From the NCBI RefSeq assembly GCF_030684315.1, contig NC_081355.1, positions 84,654,924-84,707,203 on the forward strand: a stretch of DNA of 52,280 bases, in the 5' to 3' direction. The notes under the pieces were generated by a model. The model was not told the origin of the DNA. It was given only the letters and a program-made list of their open reading frames with translations, and did not search any database. The stretch's first letter is position 1. Every line of letters starts with the position of its first letter. This stretch comes from Stegostoma tigrinum (Eukaryota). Positions 44,553 through 52,280 of the stretch are shown piece by piece. Both the position numbers and the translations under genes were made by a program.

Positions 44553-44583
44553 GTCTAAATGTTAGACATGCAGACTCCTTGTG
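44538..44583 (-). promoter_or_regulatory. Collagen 5' stem-loop (LARP6 element) containing uORF ATG TCT AAC ATT TAG (44555-44569) and the main ATG
   Basis: CACAAGGAGTCTGCATGTCTAACATTTAGACATGCTCAGCTTTGTG; stems CACAAG/CTTTGTG and GCATGTCTAA/TTAGACATGC. Confidence 0.95.
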
Positions 44584-44659
44584 AAAAAAAAGCCCAGCCT
44601 TTTTACCCAGCAAGCATAAAACAGAGGTGATGATAACTCCAGACTTTACAGAACCCTCC

Positions 44660-44850
44660 TGCCGTATCTCCAGCGTGATGTACCCTTCTTATAGTACAGG
44701 AGGATCCCTGTCTGCGTGTCAGGACATCCCCCTAACCAATAGAAACCCTACGACCCAATGCTTTCAACCCCAACAGGTCCATTGGAGGAGCATGTTCCAA
44801 TGCTCCCAGTCTGCCAGGGGAATACTGGCACTGCATCACTGCAGTGACGA
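44660..44850 (-). promoter_or_regulatory. COL1A2 proximal promoter: TATAAG 44688-44693, CCAAT boxes 44736, 44755, 44781, 44797, TCCTCC 44784-44789; TSS inferred ~44667
   Basis: Motifs read directly; spacing resembles the mammalian COL1A2 promoter (TATA, inverted CCAAT near -80, TCCTCC near -125). Confidence 0.75.
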
Positions 44851-47800
44851 ATCCAGAAACACTTAATTAAATCCAGCCCTTTCTGCTTTGTCGGCTCAGT
44901 CTTCGCGAGCTGGCTTGGGGTATTTAATATGTGACCCGCTTTGATACTTATCGTGTCAGCAACATTCTCTTGTCCTGCTCACTAAGCCGGACCAGGAAAA
45001 AAAAACTAGAGGCAACTTTGTATGTGAACTCGAGGAACACAACACTTGAATAGTTTGCTTTGGGTACAGTGTAGATCTGTTCGCCATCAAGGCTAGTAAT
45101 CGTCTCAGTGACATCGGAAAGAATCAGCATTTGTGGCGTTTGCTTGCCACTTATTAAATTCCGGTGGATTTAGCCGAAACTTCGACTTTATTTCAATGGG
45201 AAGAAAGGACAGCGAAATCAAAGGATGACAATTTGAACTCCACGCCCTTTCCCCCCAGAACACACGAAGCGCCCCTTCCCTCAGTCTGTGTGCTGCTTAC
45301 TCTTAACGGCTTCTTAAAATGCCTCGAGTTTCTTATCTCCTAAACGGGTTCATTGCCTTTCTTATCAGGAACAACGACACACAGACCGTGTAAACGGCAG
45401 GAGCTCAGATTACAAAGGAACAGAGGCAACTTAAAGGTGGATTCAGGTGCAGGTGTGCAGAGAAATAGGTTCTCCTTGCTTGCATCAACTTGAGAGTCAC
45501 CGCGAAGGATCTGGGACATCACAAGTTTACAATAAGATAAATCAGACGAAACGAAAAATGCACCAACTATTATAAAGAAAAAAAACATACACCATGTATT
45601 TAAAATCTGCATTTAATTTGCATTTTTTTCATTGTTTGCCGCAAATGGCTTTTAGGATTACACAGGGCAGTAAATGCACAGTGAATATTAAACCGTCCCA
45701 TCAGCTCCAATAAGAAACATTTCATCCACTTTGACCAAAATGTCGTTTTCGTTAAATGATGGTGAACAAAGCTTTATCACAAATGTCTCCTGAAAAAAAG
45801 TTACAAAACCTTTTCACAATCATGTTGCTGTTAACATTGCATTTTTTCTTGAACCCCAAAGCCATTCAGGCTGCCCTCATCAGGACGAAGTTCCGACTAT
45901 TGTCATTCGTAAACCAGAGGGTTTTCGCTCTAGTCGGAGACCATCGGACAGCCTCCATCGAAACTGTACTCGTGGCTTAACGGAAGTGCATTTAATTGTG
46001 TCAGTTCTGAAAAAAAAAGAATTCAGATCCAAATTCAAGTTCCATCACATGAAGGCAATTTGATTTGTGTGGGGAGGGGGGGGAGGGGGAGGACGGGAGC
46101 GGTGCTGCTTTCTGAGCTATTCCAAATCCAGACAGAAAGCACACATATCTACCACTTGCTTCTCGATGATTTCGTTAGCCAAGTAATTGAATTTCCAGTT
46201 CATCGTTGTATACCTATTCTATTTGGGGAAAACCACAAATGATACAGCGACTTGTTTGGAATGGGGGCTATACTTAAGTTGGAGTGCTGACTGTAATCGT
46301 GGTTTAAACTCTGCCCAGTTGACCAGACACCGTACTCTTATCGGCAGCGAAAAGCTACAAAAGATGCCACATGTTCAGATTCTTTTTCTTGTGCCGGTTG
46401 GACTGTGCATAAATCATTCAGACGTCAAACAGGAATCCTGTGCAACTGAGCATATTAATCAAATCCCAATCGCATATATTGCTTGAATAACATTTCCCAC
46501 ATTGCTGGTGCTGCATTCGAAAAATAAAACGATAAGAGATCAAGGGGTTGCATTATTCACAATGGCCCTCCTTTAACTTTAGAAAGGCTCTCATTTGGAG
46601 GAATGCAGCGTGGCTTTTATTCGGAGATGTCCAGTATTATCAGCGAATTGTTAACACAGTCGAGCGCCCAGAGGGAACAAAAATTCTGCGCTCTTGTTTC
46701 ACTTAAATAAAGAGAACAGGGCAAGAAAAATCATGTCCAGACAGAGAGAGAAGCAGGAGACGGCTCCAGCACCCTCCTTATTCAGCAGGCTCCTTATCAC
46801 TACAGAAAAGGTTCGATGTTAGCCAGATGTGTACTTGGGAGATGGAGACACGTTTGCTCTCACCGTTTGCACATTTCAACAGGCTACAAGCTCATATTGT
46901 TTGAAATATATTGAATTCTGGAATAGACAGTGCGATATGTCCGGATCCTAAAGACAATAGCACTATCGGCTGTTTTGGTTTTAGTCTGTGACCGAGTCAG
47001 CCTTTCATTCTCTATGCACATCTGGACATGTTTTTCAAATGGCTGTGATTCACAGAGAAAGGCTAGCTCTCCCTGAGCCATCCGGCAAATGAATGGACAC
47101 ATTAAGAGACAACATCGATTTTGTTTGAAACGGATCAGTTAGAAATAAAAGAAAGAACGCTTGATAAACAACTAATCTTGATACTGATTCTGAAACTTTC
47201 GGACAGATGCTGCATGAAAATTCCTGACCAATAAGAGCGCTGATGAGTCTCTTTTTCAATTGTCTGTGTTTTCATTTTAAACAAAAGACAAGAATAATGT
47301 GACACCATTAACAACGGCAAGCATCATGCCAGCGTGTCAGTTGAATTACATCATATTGATCCCATGTATCTTACAACAACTCAAGGTCAAAACTGGAGAG
47401 TGGTCGAATTCCACTTCGAAGAAAAATATTCAACGACAGCAAATGTTTGGCTGGTTTTAATGCAAAATTTCAATGGTTAAGGTTAAGTTTATTAGATCAA
47501 ATCACGCTGAAATACCAATATACCCTGCCTCTTCCTTTATTACTGTAAGGTGTATCAAAGAATCGAGCCATTAAGGATTTCCGGGTTTAAAATATCTCCG
47601 AATTTCTCCTCCGTCCTAATGGGATAGATGCTAACGCTATGTGTGAGGCAACAGATAATGTCACTCCTGGAAAAGCGAACTATTGGCTTTTCGAGAGGAA
47701 ACTTAATAATCTTATCAGAACAACCAAGATAATCAATTTGTCTGCTCCTATTAGCCCTTTCTTGATAGTGTGGTATTACCATATTCAACACACATACGAT

Positions 47801-48767
47801 GCCAGAGGAGTCATGTGCAAATAAGATCTGTCTGTGGGGAATGGCTGCTCCTCAGGCACCAGTGTCTGACTTCTGTGGCCCTGTCCCACAGGAAGCAGGA
47901 TAAGAATCCCATTCAGCTGGAACAGCACCCCGCCCCCCCCACCCCGGAAGATCTGATACAGAAGATAGGGATAATCACGGAATGCAAACCAATCCTCAAT
48001 TCCAACATGGCTGCTTGGGTCTTGATACAGCAGTCCCCAACAGTGTTCCCCAATCTATTGTGTCGAATTGTCAAACTCCTGGAGTGAGCACAGATGAACT
48101 GACTGTCCTTTTTCATCCAACACCTTGGTTGTTTCCACAAGGTTAATGTAAAACAAATCCTTCCAATGTGCATACCTTCCTCCCAGACATGAATGAACTC
48201 ATGTTACTTGGCTACTTAATAAGTGTTAATACTTACTGAAACAATGAGTGTTTTGTAAATTAACAAAGACTGAATCTGTTAGTTGCTGGATATAAGGAAG
48301 AAATAAAAATGTAACCCCCATATACACAGATTAGGAATGAGAAATAAGAATGAGAATTGAAAAAAGATATCCAGATATGTATCTAAGTTCTGTGAAGAAT
48401 AAATGATGGGTCATTGCGTTTGTTATATTAATTGATATGAGTAGCACTGATTTAATAGGTTAGACGTTAATTTTGAGTTGCTCAGCTTTGCAGGTCAATT
48501 TAAGGATTGTTGGTCTGTTTCCTTTTGTCTGTGGCCTCACTTGATTTTTGGCTTTCACAACAAGAAGGATGAGATTGACATCCTTTCACCTGCAATGCAA
48601 GGATGACTAGGGGTTGTGTCAGCTGTAACCCTCACAGCATACATCTTCATCCAATAATGGGCACAGACCAGGGTTCAAACAGGATTTTAGATCCTGTTCT
48701 TCTGTATTCTTGAAAGGGGAAAATACAACAATGGCACTTACCCGCATTGCTCTCTTTTCCGATCACA

Positions 48768-49100
48768 TTAGCATTGTTACCTCACAGCACCAGGGACCTG
48801 GTTTTGATTCGACCCTTGGGTGTCTGTGTGGAGTTTTCACATTCTCCCTGTGTCTGCATGGGTTTCCTCTGGGTGCTCCAGTTTCCTCCCACAGTCTAAA
48901 GATGTGCAGGTTAGGTGGAGTGGCCATGCTAAATTATCCTGTAGTGTTCAGGACTGTGTAGACTAGGTGGATTAGCAATGGAAAATGTGGAGTTAAAGGT
49001 AGGGTGATGGGACTAGGTGGGAAGCTCTTTGGAGTGTCGGTGCAGACTTGATGGGCTGAATGGCTTCTTTCCAGGCTGTAAGGGTTCCACAATTCTATGC
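48768..49100 (+). mobile_element. HE1-type shark SINE
   Basis: cacagcaccagggacctgg…tgtctgtgtggagtt…gggtttcctctgggtgctccagtttcctcccacagtctaaagatgtgcaggttaggtgg. Confidence 0.9.
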
Positions 49101-49599
49101 TTCATTCACACTCTGGGATAACACAGGAGGGATTAAATTTCAGTTTGTAGCAGATTTCTCTCTCTGAAGTTCTTCCCTTTGAAGCACTCATCAGGTGTGA
49201 CATTCCAGAGTCTCCCTGGAGGCTAAAGATAATCCAAACAGAATTTCCAGTTAGTCTTTGAAGGACAATGCTGGGTGTTTGCATTCTCAATAGGTTTTTG
49301 ACTGTGTGTCTTCTGTTAAAAGAAAACTGGTAATGTAAGGTTTAGTAGGTTGTGAGTGGTCCAGATTTATGCTCTGGATGGTTATCTCAAAGCAAAATAA
49401 TTTCGATTCTGGAAATATGAAGTAAGAAGCGAAAATGTTGTAAACACTCACTAATCCTAGTTGCTGATGCATAGAAAGAGCAAAAAAATGTTACCATTCC
49501 AGGTTGCAATTTTTTCTTTAGAACTGGATGAAGTAGAACTGAATTGGACTTTGTGTCAGGTAAAGTAGCCCGGGTAGAGAAGCGCAAAAGGGAAAGGGA

Positions 49600-50030
49600 A
49601 AGTCTGCTCTAGGATGTAGGAAGGGAGACATTGAATGTCAAAAGAGTTGATGGGTCAGAGAGTGATAATGGGATGGCTAAAGGATTAAAAAAAATGCCTA
49701 GAGGAGACATGAACAGTAGGATAATGAGTAGATGCTACTAAATGCAAGATTGGGGGATTACAAGATTAAGACCATTAGATGCAAAGGAAAAGAAACTAAA
49801 TGGGCAGCAGTGATTATTATCTGACATACTGAATCCTAAAGCCTGTACACTGATTAATTCAAAGATGAAGAGGTGCTGTTCCTCAAACTCACATTGAGAT
49901 TCACTGCAACAGTGCAGCAGGCCAAGGATAAACATGTCAGTGTGAGAGCTGGTGGAGAAATAAAAAGGCATGTCAAGATTGTGCTTGCAGATCGAATGGA
50001 GAAGTTACAGTCACCCAATCTGTATTTGGT
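49600..50030 (-). mobile_element. Penelope-like element 3' fragment (GIY-YIG C-terminus)
   Basis: ORF 49738-49971: ILGLLHCCSESQCEFEEQHLFIFEL, homologous to the PLE endonuclease end also seen at ~28170-28230. Confidence 0.7.
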
Positions 50031-50699
50031 CCAGAGATAACCAACCCATAACCTCGTGCAGCTGAATATGTTTTCAGCAGCAGAAAAAAATCCCCAATAA
50101 TGATATTTTCAATACATTGAGCAGCCATGCAGATGCACAGGAATCTGGTAGCTGTGCACCAGTTGACTCCTCATGTCACATTGTAAGAATAGCTGCGTAA
50201 AATAAAGTCCTATGCACTTAATTGGATAGGGAATAGACAATATAAAAAACAGACCGGCTATTGCTGATGGACACTATTCAAAGTATCAATAACTTACAGG
50301 TCTCGTGTTAATTGATTTCTCCCGGCTGTTGCTGAGTTTCTATTATTGTAGTAAGTTTTTTTAAAGTTAGTGAAGAGTACATCGAACGGTGTTACACATA
50401 CTGAAGGCTTGGACTTGGACATTGACATTTAACATTCAGATTGACCACTTGCTTCTGATCCTGGATGCTGTGGTTCCTGGCCCTCTTTGGCTGCATCACA
50501 ATAGGGTAACAGAGCAGTGACAACACAGAGAAGGACTAGTTGCTCACAATTGCAGAAGTACCCGAAGCAAAAGTGCTTATTCATCAAATGTTTTCAAGGA
50601 ACATTCTCTAACTGCAACCTCACTGAACAGAATATGCCATTTCACATTTTACAAAGCATGGTCTCACTGAAATTTGGGTGGGCACACTACTGTAAGTTA

Positions 50700-51400
50700 C
50701 TTTTATCTATTCAGTTTGTGGGATGTAAGTGTAGCTGGCTGGCCAGCATTACTTACCTGTCCCTAGTTGCCCTTCCGAAGGTGATAGTGAGCCTTCTTCT
50801 TAAACCGCTGTAGTCCTCCTGCTCTGGCTTGACCCACAATGCCAACAGGGAGGGAATTCCATGAATTGGACTTAGTGACAGTGAAGAACAGTGATATATT
50901 TCCAAGTCAGGATGGTGAGTAGCTTGGAGAGGAACTTGGAGGTAGTAGTGTTCCCATGTAGCAGCTGCTCTTGTCTTTCTCAATGGAAATGCTCATGGGT
51001 TTGGAAGGCACTGTCTGAGGATCTTTGGTGACTTTCTGCAGTGCATCTTGTAGGTAGTACACACTGCTGCTACTGAGTATCGATGGTGGAGAGAATAGAT
51101 GCTTGTGGATACAGTGCCAATCAAGCGGGCTGCTTTGTCCTGGATGGTGTTAAGCTACTTCAGTGTTGTTGGGGCTGTGCTCATCCAGGCAAGTGGGGAG
51201 TATTCCATCACACTCCTGACTTGTGCCTTGTAGATGGTGGACAGACTTTGATGAGTCAGAAAGTGAGTTACTTGTTGCAGTATCCCTAGCTTCTGACCTG
51301 CCCTTGAAGCCACTTTGTTAATGTGTGAGTCGAGCTGCATTAATGATAACTCCCATGATGTTGATAGTGGGAGATTCTGTGATGGTAACACCATTAAATG
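50700..51400 (-). mobile_element. LINE (CR1/L2-group) 3' fragment
   Basis: ORF 51155-51436: HINKVASRAGQKLGIL…IYKAQVRSVMEYSPLAW (RT C-terminal region), followed by tail ggcaactaggga…aatgctggccagccagc. Confidence 0.88.
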
Positions 51401-52280
51401 CCAAATTGCTGTAAAGGTGACTGTAACCCTGAACATCTTTGTATTGGAATCCTTTCACTTCAGAGCAGTTAACATATGTACATGTGTCGCACACTGCTGC
51501 ATAAGATAAGTGACAGATGCTCGATATGTCAGCAGAGAGAAATTGTCATGAAGACCAATCATAATCTTGAACTGCTCATGGATATATGAAATGTTTTCGT
51601 AAAGATGTGATTTTTAAAAGAAAAGTACCTATCCATATCCAAATATTGGCTGTGAATATATATTTACTGGAGTTCTCATAAAATCCATGTGTGAATTACG
51701 TTAAACCCCAAGAGGAGTTGTGGAATATTGTATCTGAAGAATGTTGGGAGAATTTTAGGAAGGAACATTTCAAAGGGAAATATGCCATTCAAAAACCTGA
51801 GTTGTGATTCCTTTGGGTTGCGTCCTATACAGGGTAAAAGACCTGATTGTGTTTTACCCTTCCAAGAACACACAAGAAATGGGATTAAAAATCAACTGCA
51901 ACCCCTAGTGTTTACATGTTAAGGTGCTGCCATGTCAGTGTCCTGGCTTGTGGCTCAAGTCTAGTGTGTCAATGTGTACTGAAAGCTTTCACAGGACAGC
52001 CTTGCATGTGCAGGTAAAAAGGAAATAAGGCAAGACAGCAAGACCACTATTGAAGACAACTAGACAAACTCCTTTCAGTTAAATGAAGAGCCAAGGATCT
52101 CAACCACGTCCTCAACTACCAATGTCAGCATACCAAAATCATCCACCTTAACAACCAGAACGTTTCACTATCTTTACATCATGGGCAAGACGAAGACCAA
52201 TTTGTACAATGCTATACAAATTTACTTTTCGGGTTCACATCTCATTCTTAATGTTGTGTGAGTGCTCAGTGTGTGTGTGT

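Noticed and set aside
1-52280. CRISPR array or other prokaryotic system
   Set aside because: No repeat-spacer array; the periodic signals are Gly-X-Y codons in spliceosomal exons of a vertebrate gene

Overview
AT-rich vertebrate genomic DNA. The repeat content (HE1-type SINEs, Deu-SINEs, CR1 and Penelope relics) points to a cartilaginous fish, probably a shark. The window holds the promoter and exons 1-45 of COL1A2 (pro-alpha2(I) collagen) on the minus strand, with ATG at 44552; exons 46-52 lie off the left edge. I read all exons by hand. All have GT-AG borders, and helical exons 7-45 reproduce the 45/54/99/108/162-nt series of human COL1A2 with one exception. There are TWO intact 54-nt Gly-X-Y exons at the exon-24 position (19273-19326 and 19180-19233), separated by only 39 nt that carry an in-frame stop. 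This is the architecture of mutually exclusive splicing inside the collagen I triple helix and is the main candidate novelty. Secondary findings: an acidic Tyr-rich N-propeptide built from micro-exons, alpha1-like ligand and cross-link motifs in this alpha2 chain, a Gly-Phe collagenase site, the conserved 5' stem-loop/uORF, a Penelope-type hammerhead relic with a 10-bp TSD in intron 1, and several long intronic inverted repeats. Human sequence comparisons are from memory and need confirming by alignment. Almost all ORFs in the supplied track are spurious.
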